IMG/VR virus record: IMGVR_UViG_3300046514_000653
Span: 1 to 64,000 of that record
Direction: 5' to 3' (one strand)
From: a virus
DNA: 64,000 bases
Positions 35,696 to 46,436 of this stretch are shown here, in pieces (position 1 is the stretch's first letter; every line of letters starts with the position of its first letter). A program made the translations under genes and the position numbers. The notes below the pieces were generated by a model. That model did not search any database. It had not been told where the DNA came from and saw nothing but the letters and a program-made list of their open reading frames with translations.

Positions 35696-35929
35696 CTAAC
35701 TCGCCTTTAAGATGGACGCGGTGACGGGAAGAGGAGCAGTAGAGGAAGGGGCAGTCGGCACGGTAATGCTCTGCAGTCCTTCCAATTTGATCAGCAGACG
35801 ATGCAGAGGATCGGTAAGTTGAATGTACCGGTCCCATAGGATCTGCGCCTGCTCCGGAGTTTGAGATTTGATCAACTCCGCAATCACGCCGGAAAGCGTG
35901 GTGAGAATAGCTAGGATGGTGGCAGTCAT
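35696..35929 (-). CDS. small hydrophobic protein
   Basis: GGAGG RBS; amphipathic N-terminus. Confidence 0.6.
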   Translation of the reverse strand: MTATILAILTTLSGVIAELIKSQTPEQAQILWDRYIQLTDPLHRLLIKLEGLQSITVPTAPSSTAPLPVTASILKAS

Positions 35930-35933
35930 CTGG

Positions 35934-36545
35934 TTAGACGACGCCTCCTTTAATGGGGAGCAGCCATACGCCAGTGCGCTGATTAGGATTCATGAGTTCA
36001 TGTCCCATCAGGTGATACATGTACGCTCCGTTCATGTAGCCTTCATTGAAGTGCGCCTGTGCGCGAGCCGAGAAGACTTCGTAGTTGACACCGTCGACAG
36101 GTTCACTGAAGCACATGTCAACGCCGACAAGCGACGGGTCGAAGGGAGTGGGAGATGGAGGGACCGGAAGGAACGGTGGCCAGTCGTTAATGTTGGACGA
36201 TACACGGACTGCCCCAGCCGGCCAATTTTTGGGGTTAGGGTCCGCGTATGCCGACACATTGCCTGCAGGCTGAAGTGCATTCCACATGGAATGGTATCCC
36301 TGATTCTCCATCGTGATCATCCAGAGCAGAGGGCAGGCGCCCATGCAATCGACATCGAAGTTGAGAAGTATGCGCCCCTTCTGTGCAATTGCCATCATTT
36401 CCAGGAACATGGTCTCGTAAGGCAAAGACGGGTTGTTGTTGATCCGCTTGTTCCATGAAGCTTGAAGCTCCGGATCAAGGGAGAGGATGTAGGCTTTGGT
36501 GAAAGCCGCGATCTCGGCCGCAGTAGCGTTATAAACAGAAGTCAT
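35934..36545 (-). CDS. hypothetical protein
   Basis: 203 aa; AAGGAG RBS. Confidence 0.75.
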   Translation of the reverse strand: MTSVYNATAAEIAAFTKAYILSLDPELQASWNKRINNNPSLPYETMFLEMMAIAQKGRILLNFDVDCMGACPLLWMITMENQGYHSMWNALQPAGNVSAYADPNPKNWPAGAVRVSSNINDWPPFLPVPPSPTPFDPSLVGVDMCFSEPVDGVNYEVFSARAQAHFNEGYMNGAYMYHLMGHELMNPNQRTGVWLLPIKGGVV

Positions 36546-36585
36546 TTTAAGTAGCTCCTTTGTGTGCTCTAGTTACTAGCTGTCC

Positions 36586-37008
36586 TTAGCTTCCCTGTTG
36601 CGACTGCGCCTGCTCCGCTTCGGTCAACTTCTCCAGGATGGACGCATCGGCTTCAAATTGAATGTCGCCGATGTTCGACGCTGCGTTTGCGGCCATGTCT
36701 CCACCCGCGAGGATCGCCGCGATCAGGCCGGGGATGGAGCGGAGATCGTTGGAGGTGGTGAGCATCTGGATGGTTGTAGCTGGGGCTAGACCATCGGGAT
36801 CGGCGCTCGGAGGAAGAAGAGCTACTTTTCCATTGGCCGCTTCAATGACAATGCCTTGGAGCGGATCTCCGTCCTCATCGACGTAGGTCGTCGGTCCGCT
36901 TCCGCCTGGACTCGACGCGCCACTGAGTTGCTCTGCCGCTTTCATTGCGACCAGGAGATCGACTCCGGGTCGCAGTTGATTCACGTCTGTGATAAAGAAT
37001 CGTTGCAT
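36586..37008 (-). CDS. hypothetical protein
   Basis: ATG at 37008 (MQRFF) with AAGGG upstream. Confidence 0.7.
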   Translation of the reverse strand: MQRFFITDVNQLRPGVDLLVAMKAAEQLSGASSPGGSGPTTYVDEDGDPLQGIVIEAANGKVALLPPSADPDGLAPATTIQMLTTSNDLRSIPGLIAAILAGGDMAANAASNIGDIQFEADASILEKLTEAEQAQSQQGS

Positions 37009-37096
37009 TTTGCTTTCCCTTTTCAAAATCCGTGTAATACACACGGTGAATTGTTTTACAGCAACTATGGTAGCTCAAATGAAGAGTAACTTGTGT

Positions 37097-40000
37097 TTAC
37101 TTCTTACGATTCCCTTTGCTGCCGTGGTTGCCTGTGATTGTAGCGTTGTAGCTGAACACTTCGGCCGGGATGCTGGAAGCGTTGCCCATTCCGTTAGTGA
37201 AACCCGGCCATTTGTAAGCGCCGAGAGACACGTTGGAGAATTCACCGGCCTTGTTCACAAAGTTCGGATCGCAGTAGTAGCCAGCACGTGTCATAGAGCA
37301 GTCGCCCCAGATGGCGCCGTAGTATTTGAGGACGAAAGTTTTGGCTGCATTGCATTGAGAAACACCAAGTAGGCATTGAGCCTTTAAGTAAGCGGCTAGT
37401 CCGGTGGTTCCTTCCGCAGTGTTCACGCGCGATGTGAATTCACCTGTGCCGTCACCGAGGGTGGTAGTCAGCCCCATGAGCCCGCATCCAGGTTGCCCGG
37501 TGCTAGAGAAGGCGTGGATGGTGTCGAAGAGATGAACCGCGTTGGGGATTCCAGGTTCTTCGCAATCACCGGAGACGCGGTTATAGTACATGCCTAAGGT
37601 GCCGGGATTGTTGAGATCGAGTCCGTAGGTAGCCATCCAATTCCCCAACTGACCGCTCATCGTTTGATAAGCAGTGGAGATGGTGGAATTGGAATGCTTG
37701 GATGCCCAACGCATGCCGGAGGCTTTGATACCGGTGAGCATAAAGCCCTGGAGTTCAAAGCCAGAAGTTACATAGCTGACCATGTGATTATCAGTAGTGG
37801 TACCGGCCCTCTGATCCCATGGGCGATTGAGTTTGAGCTGTCCAGAGTTGACGTAGTGGCATGCCCAGAAGGGCTGAAGCATCTTGTTATTCGCGAGCCC
37901 GGCCGCAACCGTCACATCCGGCCAGTCAAGGTTGCTGACTCCGATGGAAGTCATGTAGCCACCACCGAGGCTATTGTCTTCCACCATGAAGTGATAGTCG
38001 CCGGCAGTGAGCCCCGGCCAGAGAGCGGCGAGGGTGACGTTGCCGCCGCTGACAGAGAACTGACGAGTGACGACTAGAGGAGGAGAGACGCTGGTGTCTG
38101 TGATCGTGATGCGAGCACCGGGGTTGACCGTACCGCTGACTACTGTAGCGGCCGTCAAGCCAGGGGTGACGTGGATCAGACCTGTGCCGTCGTCGATACC
38201 AGCGCACATACCGGGCTTCACGATTCCGGTTGTTGGAGCTACGTTGGTAGAACCGTTAACGAGAGTCAGCGGGACAGACGCAGGATCGAAAATCGAAGCA
38301 CCCGCCCACGAGTTTGTATAGACATTAGGAGTGCCGCCAGGGACGAAGCCAGCAGCGTATCCATCTACCGCATTACGACGGCAGGTTTCGTCGCGCGTTT
38401 TCCAAGCCAGCAAACCATTCACCCATGCTGTTTGCCGGGTGGGATCGGTATCTCCCAAAGCAGCCAACGCATTCCAGCCTTGCGGATAGCCCTGGTCGCG
38501 CGGGTCGGCAGTGTTGCAGTTAAGTAGTGCGGTCGCGGCTCCGGATGCTGCGAATGGTTGAATGTCCAACCAAGTAAGTGGGGTGGAGACGTTGAAGATC
38601 TTGTCGATGATACTGCCGACAACGCCACCACCGTAATCCAGCACAAGCCCACCCAGAGCCCCGGAGATCTCCGGATCTCGAATGTAGTTGTCATCGATCT
38701 TGTTGGCGCTAATGACAGCCGGTTTATATCCGCTACGATGTTCGAACCGCCGCTCCTGCAAACCTTCTGCATAGAAGTCCGGACCGAATGGACTCCCAGC
38801 ACTGATCAGATCTTTATAGCTGAATTGTCCAACCAACGGCATCAAGTTCAAAGCAGTGATGTCATGAGTCGCGGCACCAAAAGCCGTCGTCTCGGAAGCG
38901 CAACCGGAGAGTTGAGTGAGAGCCCGATAGATGTTGCTGTTGGACGGAGAGGTGTAATCCAGCGAGGCGTACCGCAGGCTGGTGAATACATAGTTGAAAT
39001 TGCCGGAGTCGAAGTTGGTAGGTAGCGGCCGGCTGATAGTGATGGATAGATTGTCGGCGGCGACTGCGGTTACAAATGCCCAAAATGAGAATGGCATGCC
39101 GGTGTCGTGGGTAGCGAAGACCCGGATGTAGACCTGCGCTTGCATGTTATGCATGCAATCAGTGTTGAGAATGCCTAAAGAAGACGGACCCACCCCGCAC
39201 GAAGGAAATACGTTCTGTGTCCATGAAGCGGAATGCGCGGTCAATGTTGTGGACCCGGCCGTGCCGCTCACTGTGCCTGTGAAATAGAAAGCCTCACCTG
39301 GAGGGCCAGGAGCGCCGTTGGGGCAGAGAGCACGTACAGGGTCTGAGACAAAGAGAGTGCCGCTGCCTTGAATCAACATCTCGCCAACGGTAGTGGTAGA
39401 TGGCCACATAGAAGCGGGAGCTATAGGCTGAGCGTTGAGGTAGAATGCTCCGGCCATGCCGCGCCCGTCGTAGCAGGTAGTGAGATCAGCATCACCAGTT
39501 GTGGCTGTGGTGGAAGCGATACAAACTTGCTCCTGTAATCCAACTCCACCTCCGGTAGAGCCATCATTACCGAGTGAATTCCCGATCAAGATCCAGGTGG
39601 GAGTGCCGGGAAGAGAGAGAAGGCCGTGGAGACATTCAGCGTGATGGATATGGATCGTCGTGTCGGTCGACATGATGTCGGCGGAAAGAGTCGCTTTGGT
39701 CCCGCCTGATACACCCGATCCATAACATCCTTGACCTGGAGCTGGTCCGATGCCAGCGATTGTATAAGTCACCGTACCGGTAGCAGGAGTCAGCCAAGTT
39801 GTCGTAGCAAAGTATGGATTGCCTGAAGGCTGGAGCTGATTGAAATTGCAATCCTGGCCGTTGAGCTGCAGCATGACCGCGGTACAGTGCCGCTCGTCCG
39901 CATACCCGTATGGGTTTTGACCGAAGACGATTTGCGGCGCGTAAACTTGTTCTTCCAAATCAGACTGCACTAAAACACCATCGTTGTTGTAGTCAACGGC

Positions 40001-43000
40001 GCCGACTAGAAGTTGCTGATCCGCTGCATTACCTGTTGCGTCGGACGTATGGAGATTGAACGTGTAGGTACCGCGTTGTGTAAGACCGGTAACGTCGGTC
40101 AAGCACGAATTGGGAGACACGATTGTAGGAACTACAGGATCGTCGGCGGTGATATTGCTCCAGAGACAAGTAACGTTCGGCGTCGAATTGCTCTGCGTGT
40201 AGGAAGTGGTCCCATCGAGCTGATTGGTCGAGTTGACCTTGAAGCTGATCCATGGCGTCCAGGAAGGAGTAGCCACACCATTACCAACAATGCCGGTACG
40301 CGGAGTCGACTTTATCAAAGTCTGATATGGAGTCGGGACGTAGGTAGGCGAGCCCGAAGATAGAACCGCCGTCAACATATTTCCGGTTGAGTCCGCGAGC
40401 GTGCCGGTTTGATTAGCGGAATCAAATTTCCATTGGAAGATAGCAGCCGTTTGATCCTGCGCTGTAGTCGGGGGCGTGGAAGTTGCAGGGACGGCGGAAG
40501 AATAGATTCGAGCGTAGCCGTAAGCAATGGGGACAGTGGTACCGCCAATGATAAACCCGGCCGTGGAAGTGGGGCCGGTGATGCTTGTGTAGTTTGTCAC
40601 CAGATTCACATACACGAGACCGTTCTCGTCCACAGCTTGACAAGTGATCTGGCCTGTTGTGCCGCTAGTAGGTTTACGCTGCCAACGAATATCAACTAGG
40701 TTCTTACCGACGAATGGGATTTGGCAGTCCGATGCTCCAACGTTGTGGAGTGGAGAAAGCAGCATCAAGGGCTGTTCTCCAGGATTTTGAATCCAGTAGG
40801 TGTTGATATCGCACGTCGCATTTTGGATCGGGTGCTCAAACTGAACTTGCTGCCCCCAATCGGTTGCGCCCGGTACCGTGTGCATACGAATCTCCATGCG
40901 GCATGTACCGTTGGATGCAATGCCGGGAGTGGAAGTGGATGCTGTCTGAGAGCTGAGCACAATGGACCGGCCGAATTGAGTGGCGGGGACAAGAGTCTTG
41001 AACGCCATGCCGATATCGGAAGCACCTTCCGAATTCATATAGCGCCCGATGTTGGCGAAGTTTGCAATAGAGTACTGATCCACAAAAGAAGTGAAAGGCC
41101 GGATCGTATCTTCCCCACGAATGATTGTCGGAGGGTTGGAAGGAACGATGGTGGTTGGGGCGCCGGCAATAAGCGCGATGTTGATGTCGCCGGGCTCGGA
41201 CGGATATGGGCCGGTGGTAGCAGGAGGACCGCCCGGTCCGCTGACAAAGGATAGGTAGGAGGCACCGGATTCAATCGCACCAAGCCCGCTGTATACAACA
41301 GCAGACATGATCATGAAGTTGGCGTGGGTGTTGGTAAAGGTAACCACCTCATCCACGGCCGTGTCGGATGGTACGACGGTCATCATGATCGCGCCGTTAG
41401 CATCATCGAGATCCGCGAAGGGTCCGGAAGATACACCTTTGACCAGGGTCCAAGTGTAGCTGTGTGTGGTGGTAATGTCGGTGATCTGCGGGATCTGATC
41501 GCCCCAGCGGTTAACGATTGCATTGATATCGTGGGCTATTGCAATGGAGCAAGAAGTGGTATCTCCATTCGGAGTCACACAATCGGCTCCAGCTACACCA
41601 CGCGCGGAAAGAGTGGCGGTCGTGCCGGTACATGCGGAGACGGTGACTTTCTCTACGCGGCCGTAGTTTGCGTAAGTCGCATGCTCATTGACTTTGATGT
41701 CGAATGGTGGAGATGGAAAGTTGGAACAGTTTCCCACCATGCTCATGATCGTTGCCCCGGAAGTCATGGGAGCGGCGAGAGTGGTCTCGTAGACCTGATT
41801 TGTCCCCATAGACGCCTGCAGGATGATTGTCTCTCCGGCTTTGAGCCCGACTCCAGCTACAGCCGGGATTGTCATCGAGAGATTGAACGGCGATCCACTA
41901 CCACCGCTCAACGTAGCGTACTTCTCACAAAACACATTGACTGCTGTAGGTCCTACAACCGTGTGATTGCAAGCACCGGCCGTGTGGACTACGTTCGCGC
42001 TGACTACTGGAGAGACAGCGCTATTGCCCATCGAGTCGGTGGCTTTGACTCGGAACGTATGAATGCCCTCGGGGATAGGACGCACATCGGTGTTGACATT
42101 CCACACACTGCCGCTAAGTAGAGCTAGCGGACCAAACGTTGCGTTGTATGGCCCGCCGTCAAACGACAGATCCATGTTGGTGATCGAGCCCGCGTTGGAG
42201 GTGGCGGAAGCGATGACGCTAGAAAGTTCTGCAAACGCCTCACCTGGCTGCGTGCGCGGGAAGGGTTCGGAGATGAATACCTGAACACCAGATCCGCTGA
42301 TCACAGTGGGATGGAATGCGATGGAAGTCTGGAAGAACCCGTCGACGTTTAAATCGGTCTCGGGCTGTACGGTGCTGGTAGTAGCAGCAAAGTAATTGAT
42401 CTGACCAAAGGGCTTAGAGGTGTCCTCGATTGCTTCGATCGCCGGGCTGATAGGTTTGATCGGCGCCGCGAAAACAGAGGAGACGATCAGATCGCCGACT
42501 GTGACAGAGAATGGATCGACGTAGGCCGGTCCAGGAAGAGTGGTAGAGCCGTCGTTCTGTCCGCCCCAGCCCATCAAGTGTGCGCCGTTGCCGACCGATC
42601 CTACACCAGAGAAAAGAACGCACTGAAGTAGATTAACCTGCCCGGTACCATTGGGATTTTGGGACGTGATGACTTCGTTGGAGCCTGTGGTCGCTGGGAC
42701 GAAAGCAAAGTAATTGCCTATTTGCTCAACGTCGCTGTCCGTCGCACGCGTGCCAATCTCATCATAGAAAGTGAAGGTGTAACCCAGACTATTTGTTAAA
42801 TAGGAAGATTTCCAGGGGTAGTTGCTCTGTCCCTGCACCACACTCCAGTTGCCGACTACTTCACCGGAGACGTGATTGTGACCTACGGCCGTGACTGTCC
42901 AGTCTAGATTACCGGCTCCAGACATAGCGGTAACAGTAACGGTGTCCTCTGGATTGGGAATTTGTGGCGTGCCTGTCCCTAACCCACCCACCGGGCTCAA

Positions 43001-43612
43001 GGTTGCAAAGAACGGCGTGGATGGGAATCCAGCAGAGCTGGTGACGTGAATTAAAGTTGCTCCGGCTGTGACGCCGCTAGAGAGCTGTGTTTCGGGTGAT
43101 GCAGGTACGGACGCCTCCGCTTGACAGAAGATCAATTGGCCGGCCGTCAATCCGCCTGTGAGCGTGACCGAGCGGGCGACGTTGCTACTAGTGCTGATAC
43201 TAGTTACTGCCTGTTCGCAGAATTCTGTCGAGCTGCCAGGGACGGTCGTGTGAGAGCATTGCGGGTTGCTGTGTATGACCGTAACGTTTATCACAGACGA
43301 CACACCGGTATTCATCATGGCGTCGGTCGCTCGAACCTGTAGAGTTGTTGCTCCAACAGTCAAGCTCGATCCTTGCAATGACATGAGCCATTGAGTCGGA
43401 GGCATTCCAAAAAGCGTTGCCGCGCCGGTAAACGATCCACCGTTAATTGATAATTCAACTAGCGTGATCGCTGCGGCTGAAGATGCTACCGGTCCGGAGA
43501 TCTGAATACCACCGCCTCCAATCGTCGCCGTATTGGCTGGATAGGAGAAGGAGACGGTGACTTGTGCCGCTGCGCTGACTGCAAATAAGAGTGCTAGAAG
43601 TGTCTGTTTCAT
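37097..43612 (-). CDS. 2171-aa adhesin/fibre-like protein with signal peptide, Ig-like/PKD-like domains and an internal duplication
   Basis: MKQTLLALLFAVSAAA|Q; LQVRATD and FRVKATD Ig-like strands; LDGTTSY..TCLW..GTYTFNL PKD-like; Thr/Gly/Ser- and Cys-rich. Confidence 0.85.
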   Translation of the reverse strand: MKQTLLALLFAVSAAAQVTVSFSYPANTATIGGGGIQISGPVASSAAAITLVELSINGGSFTGAATLFGMPPTQWLMSLQGSSLTVGATTLQVRATDAMMNTGVSSVINVTVIHSNPQCSHTTVPGSSTEFCEQAVTSISTSSNVARSVTLTGGLTAGQLIFCQAEASVPASPETQLSSGVTAGATLIHVTSSAGFPSTPFFATLSPVGGLGTGTPQIPNPEDTVTVTAMSGAGNLDWTVTAVGHNHVSGEVVGNWSVVQGQSNYPWKSSYLTNSLGYTFTFYDEIGTRATDSDVEQIGNYFAFVPATTGSNEVITSQNPNGTGQVNLLQCVLFSGVGSVGNGAHLMGWGGQNDGSTTLPGPAYVDPFSVTVGDLIVSSVFAAPIKPISPAIEAIEDTSKPFGQINYFAATTSTVQPETDLNVDGFFQTSIAFHPTVISGSGVQVFISEPFPRTQPGEAFAELSSVIASATSNAGSITNMDLSFDGGPYNATFGPLALLSGSVWNVNTDVRPIPEGIHTFRVKATDSMGNSAVSPVVSANVVHTAGACNHTVVGPTAVNVFCEKYATLSGGSGSPFNLSMTIPAVAGVGLKAGETIILQASMGTNQVYETTLAAPMTSGATIMSMVGNCSNFPSPPFDIKVNEHATYANYGRVEKVTVSACTGTTATLSARGVAGADCVTPNGDTTSCSIAIAHDINAIVNRWGDQIPQITDITTTHSYTWTLVKGVSSGPFADLDDANGAIMMTVVPSDTAVDEVVTFTNTHANFMIMSAVVYSGLGAIESGASYLSFVSGPGGPPATTGPYPSEPGDINIALIAGAPTTIVPSNPPTIIRGEDTIRPFTSFVDQYSIANFANIGRYMNSEGASDIGMAFKTLVPATQFGRSIVLSSQTASTSTPGIASNGTCRMEIRMHTVPGATDWGQQVQFEHPIQNATCDINTYWIQNPGEQPLMLLSPLHNVGASDCQIPFVGKNLVDIRWQRKPTSGTTGQITCQAVDENGLVYVNLVTNYTSITGPTSTAGFIIGGTTVPIAYGYARIYSSAVPATSTPPTTAQDQTAAIFQWKFDSANQTGTLADSTGNMLTAVLSSGSPTYVPTPYQTLIKSTPRTGIVGNGVATPSWTPWISFKVNSTNQLDGTTSYTQSNSTPNVTCLWSNITADDPVVPTIVSPNSCLTDVTGLTQRGTYTFNLHTSDATGNAADQQLLVGAVDYNNDGVLVQSDLEEQVYAPQIVFGQNPYGYADERHCTAVMLQLNGQDCNFNQLQPSGNPYFATTTWLTPATGTVTYTIAGIGPAPGQGCYGSGVSGGTKATLSADIMSTDTTIHIHHAECLHGLLSLPGTPTWILIGNSLGNDGSTGGGVGLQEQVCIASTTATTGDADLTTCYDGRGMAGAFYLNAQPIAPASMWPSTTTVGEMLIQGSGTLFVSDPVRALCPNGAPGPPGEAFYFTGTVSGTAGSTTLTAHSASWTQNVFPSCGVGPSSLGILNTDCMHNMQAQVYIRVFATHDTGMPFSFWAFVTAVAADNLSITISRPLPTNFDSGNFNYVFTSLRYASLDYTSPSNSNIYRALTQLSGCASETTAFGAATHDITALNLMPLVGQFSYKDLISAGSPFGPDFYAEGLQERRFEHRSGYKPAVISANKIDDNYIRDPEISGALGGLVLDYGGGVVGSIIDKIFNVSTPLTWLDIQPFAASGAATALLNCNTADPRDQGYPQGWNALAALGDTDPTRQTAWVNGLLAWKTRDETCRRNAVDGYAAGFVPGGTPNVYTNSWAGASIFDPASVPLTLVNGSTNVAPTTGIVKPGMCAGIDDGTGLIHVTPGLTAATVVSGTVNPGARITITDTSVSPPLVVTRQFSVSGGNVTLAALWPGLTAGDYHFMVEDNSLGGGYMTSIGVSNLDWPDVTVAAGLANNKMLQPFWACHYVNSGQLKLNRPWDQRAGTTTDNHMVSYVTSGFELQGFMLTGIKASGMRWASKHSNSTISTAYQTMSGQLGNWMATYGLDLNNPGTLGMYYNRVSGDCEEPGIPNAVHLFDTIHAFSSTGQPGCGLMGLTTTLGDGTGEFTSRVNTAEGTTGLAAYLKAQCLLGVSQCNAAKTFVLKYYGAIWGDCSMTRAGYYCDPNFVNKAGEFSNVSLGAYKWPGFTNGMGNASSIPAEVFSYNATITGNHGSKGNRKK

Positions 43613-43615
43613 TCC

Positions 43616-46336
43616 TTATTGCCTCACGCTCAAGAAATTCCCTGTGTAAGCCTGCCCGGCAGTGCCGGTAGTGTAGATCGAGAATGTATGTGTTCCAGAT
43701 CCCATGGCGATGTTGTTGGAAACTGTCGGGTGGATTGCAAACTGTCCGGTGTTGTCAGTCGCCCAACTTGCGCACGATGCAAGAGTTGTACAGTACCCGG
43801 CCGGTGCCTTCATAGTGATGGTCTGCGCGTTCGTTACACCCGCGTTGTTGCAGTAGGTAAACGTCCTTTGATATGCATACCCAGCCGCAGCAGAGATGGT
43901 CTGTACTTGAAACACGAGGGTGGCATCGACATAGAAGAGAATGTTTCCTGCGGCTGTACCAGTGTTGGTATCGATGCCCATTTCCATGTTCATGCAATTG
44001 CCGGATGATCCACCCGCAGCCATCGCCGGCACTCCGGTTACTTCCATTAAGGGGATTGCTGATCCTGTTTGCGTGACCAACGTATTGCCAGTCGTGGAAG
44101 AGAACGATCCCCCACCCCCACTCATACACCCCATAGTTTCTAAACACACACGACCAGTACCGAGCGCTCCGTTGCTCAAATCAGTCGCCGCCATCTGATC
44201 GCCAGACGCAACGCGCGGCATCGCATGACGGTTAGGAGACGCGTTTCCAAAATAGACCAGGGTATGAGCCGCAGAGTCAAAGCACCAGAACCCCTGGCCG
44301 GAGATGGTGGTAGTCGGGCATGCCATCTCAGGGCCGGTATCTGACTCCCCAGTTAAATCGTTCGTGCATCCGGTACCTCGAATGGTCCCATCCGGCATCA
44401 CCTGCATACCCTGTGTGGTAGTGATGCCGTTAGCTAGAATAATCGATGAGTCGCACGTCGCGACCGCACTTCCACCGAACGCTACGGTGTATGTCGGTCC
44501 CATCGTCGGCTGGATGAAGTTGATATAGAAGATCGCGCCTCCGCCTGAGGGAACGCTTGCAAACGTTACCGAGGTGATGTTAACGGAAAGCGTGCAGCCG
44601 ATCACCGTGGTAGACTTCCCGCCCACGTCGGCCAGAGAGATCGTTGGAGTGGCGCCGCATGCGTTTGTAGCGCCTGTCGATCCAGTAAACACGCTTACTC
44701 CACTACCGCCGCCGCCCGCACCTGCAGCCGCCCATCCGGTGTTGACGGTACAAGCTCCGCTCTCTTTCTTATAGAGCGTGGTATTGGTGCCTCCGTCGAT
44801 CCGCATGTAGATAGAGCCGATGCAACCGGCCTTGCTGCCTTCTGGTGTGCCGCTGCCTGTGTAGATGCCAGGACCGCCGCTCAATTGAAGCTCGGGCGCA
44901 TCGTCGGAAGTATTCACCTTGTCTGAATTGATAAGGTGCTTGATCTCACCGTTGTTCGAAACTTCTCCACTCTGGTTGTTCTTGAATGCCGCGGTGTAGC
45001 CACCAACGTTAACGCCGGTGATCTCCCAATTAGCTAGAGTCCCTCCGCCCGCTTCTTCATAAAGCGCGTAGGTGCCAGAGCCGATTGTGTTGATCGCGGT
45101 GAGCCCATTGACAATCAGATTGAATGGATGACCACCTGAGGATCGAGGAGTGAAGTCGATGACATGCTGGTGATTCGTACTTCCGCTCGTTGCCTCAAAC
45201 TTAGTGTTGATAAACGTCGCAATATTAGACCCTCCAGTGTCTCCAGTATCTTGTACAATCTGGATCGGATTAACGCCAGAGTTGTCGATCTGCGTATCGA
45301 CCATAAGCATCACATTCGCCCCGACCAGATCGTTTAGGAATACCGCGCCTCCATTCTGCCCACCAAAGGTGCAGGAGTAGCAGGAGAAGTTAACCACCTG
45401 GTTGTCGAGTTCAAGACAGAAGTTCTTGCAGTTCTGAAACTGAACATGCCGGTATGTATTTTGATACCCGCCATTCCATTGTTTGACCAAGGACGGAGCG
45501 CTGGCGTTGTTGGTTGCATTCCCGTCCAACGTACAATTCTCCATTTGAAGGAAGTGCGCGTATCCATTCGCCATGAAGTAAGCAGAGGTGAAGGAGAAGA
45601 GCGCGGTGTTGCGCGAGTTGCCAAGCTTGATTACAGAAGCGAAGTTTACACCTTCCGCATTGTCGCCAGAAGCAGCGCAGACGAAGTGAAGATTTGCGTT
45701 AAATTCAATCGGCGTTACAGTCTCAGTAAACGTACCCGGTCCGATGTTCACAGTGCCTGTGTGTGACGGTACTCCGCCAACTGAGAGAGGAAGAGCGGCT
45801 ACGGCCGCGGCGACGGTGAGCTTTGCGGTCGGCCAGGATGTACCAGGGTTGGAATCGTTACCAGAGGCGGATACGTACATGATCGTAGAGTCGACGAGTC
45901 CGCCGGGAGGGCCGGTAGCTCCAGCAAGACCGGTAGCGCCAGCGCCTCCGTTGCTGTTCAGCACGACTAGGACGTTGCTGGAGCTGGAGTAGGTGACGTG
46001 GACAGATGTGAAGGAATCGCGCACGAGCACGCAAGGAAGAGCAGTGAGGTTGCCAGTGATCTCTCCAGTGGTGATCCCAGTGCCTGTCCAGCATTGAGCC
46101 ACAAGAGTGTTGAGCAGGGTTTGAGTGCTAAGAGCAAGAGCAGTGATGTCAATCGCTCCGGAGTTTGTAGCCGGTCCTGCAATAGACGCGTGAACGTTCG
46201 ACGCTCCCACTCCCACCCCACCTCCAGTGGGAGGAAAGGCAAATTGCGCGTGGAGCGCAGAGGAAAGCAGGAGGAAGCAGAAGCAGATGCTAGTAACTAG
46301 CTGGACTACAAACGATCCAAGGCGGCGGCGATTCAT
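43616..46336 (-). CDS. tailspike-like beta-helix protein with signal peptide
   Basis: MNRRR-hydrophobic-ALHA|Q; short GXY collagen run; YVSASGNDSNPG...TVAAAV..GTVNIGPGTF; GSGTPEG....IGSIYMR.DGG..TTLY.KESG. Confidence 0.8.
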   Translation of the reverse strand: MNRRRLGSFVVQLVTSICFCFLLLSSALHAQFAFPPTGGGVGVGASNVHASIAGPATNSGAIDITALALSTQTLLNTLVAQCWTGTGITTGEITGNLTALPCVLVRDSFTSVHVTYSSSSNVLVVLNSNGGAGATGLAGATGPPGGLVDSTIMYVSASGNDSNPGTSWPTAKLTVAAAVAALPLSVGGVPSHTGTVNIGPGTFTETVTPIEFNANLHFVCAASGDNAEGVNFASVIKLGNSRNTALFSFTSAYFMANGYAHFLQMENCTLDGNATNNASAPSLVKQWNGGYQNTYRHVQFQNCKNFCLELDNQVVNFSCYSCTFGGQNGGAVFLNDLVGANVMLMVDTQIDNSGVNPIQIVQDTGDTGGSNIATFINTKFEATSGSTNHQHVIDFTPRSSGGHPFNLIVNGLTAINTIGSGTYALYEEAGGGTLANWEITGVNVGGYTAAFKNNQSGEVSNNGEIKHLINSDKVNTSDDAPELQLSGGPGIYTGSGTPEGSKAGCIGSIYMRIDGGTNTTLYKKESGACTVNTGWAAAGAGGGGSGVSVFTGSTGATNACGATPTISLADVGGKSTTVIGCTLSVNITSVTFASVPSGGGAIFYINFIQPTMGPTYTVAFGGSAVATCDSSIILANGITTTQGMQVMPDGTIRGTGCTNDLTGESDTGPEMACPTTTISGQGFWCFDSAAHTLVYFGNASPNRHAMPRVASGDQMAATDLSNGALGTGRVCLETMGCMSGGGGSFSSTTGNTLVTQTGSAIPLMEVTGVPAMAAGGSSGNCMNMEMGIDTNTGTAAGNILFYVDATLVFQVQTISAAAGYAYQRTFTYCNNAGVTNAQTITMKAPAGYCTTLASCASWATDNTGQFAIHPTVSNNIAMGSGTHTFSIYTTGTAGQAYTGNFLSVRQ

Positions 46337-46436
46337 ATTTGACTCTCCTAGTAACTAGCGCTAATCGAGTCTTCCCGCCGCCGCGAAGAGACCTGGCGTT
46401 CACTTATCCGTACCAGTTTAACGCATCTAGGAAAGA

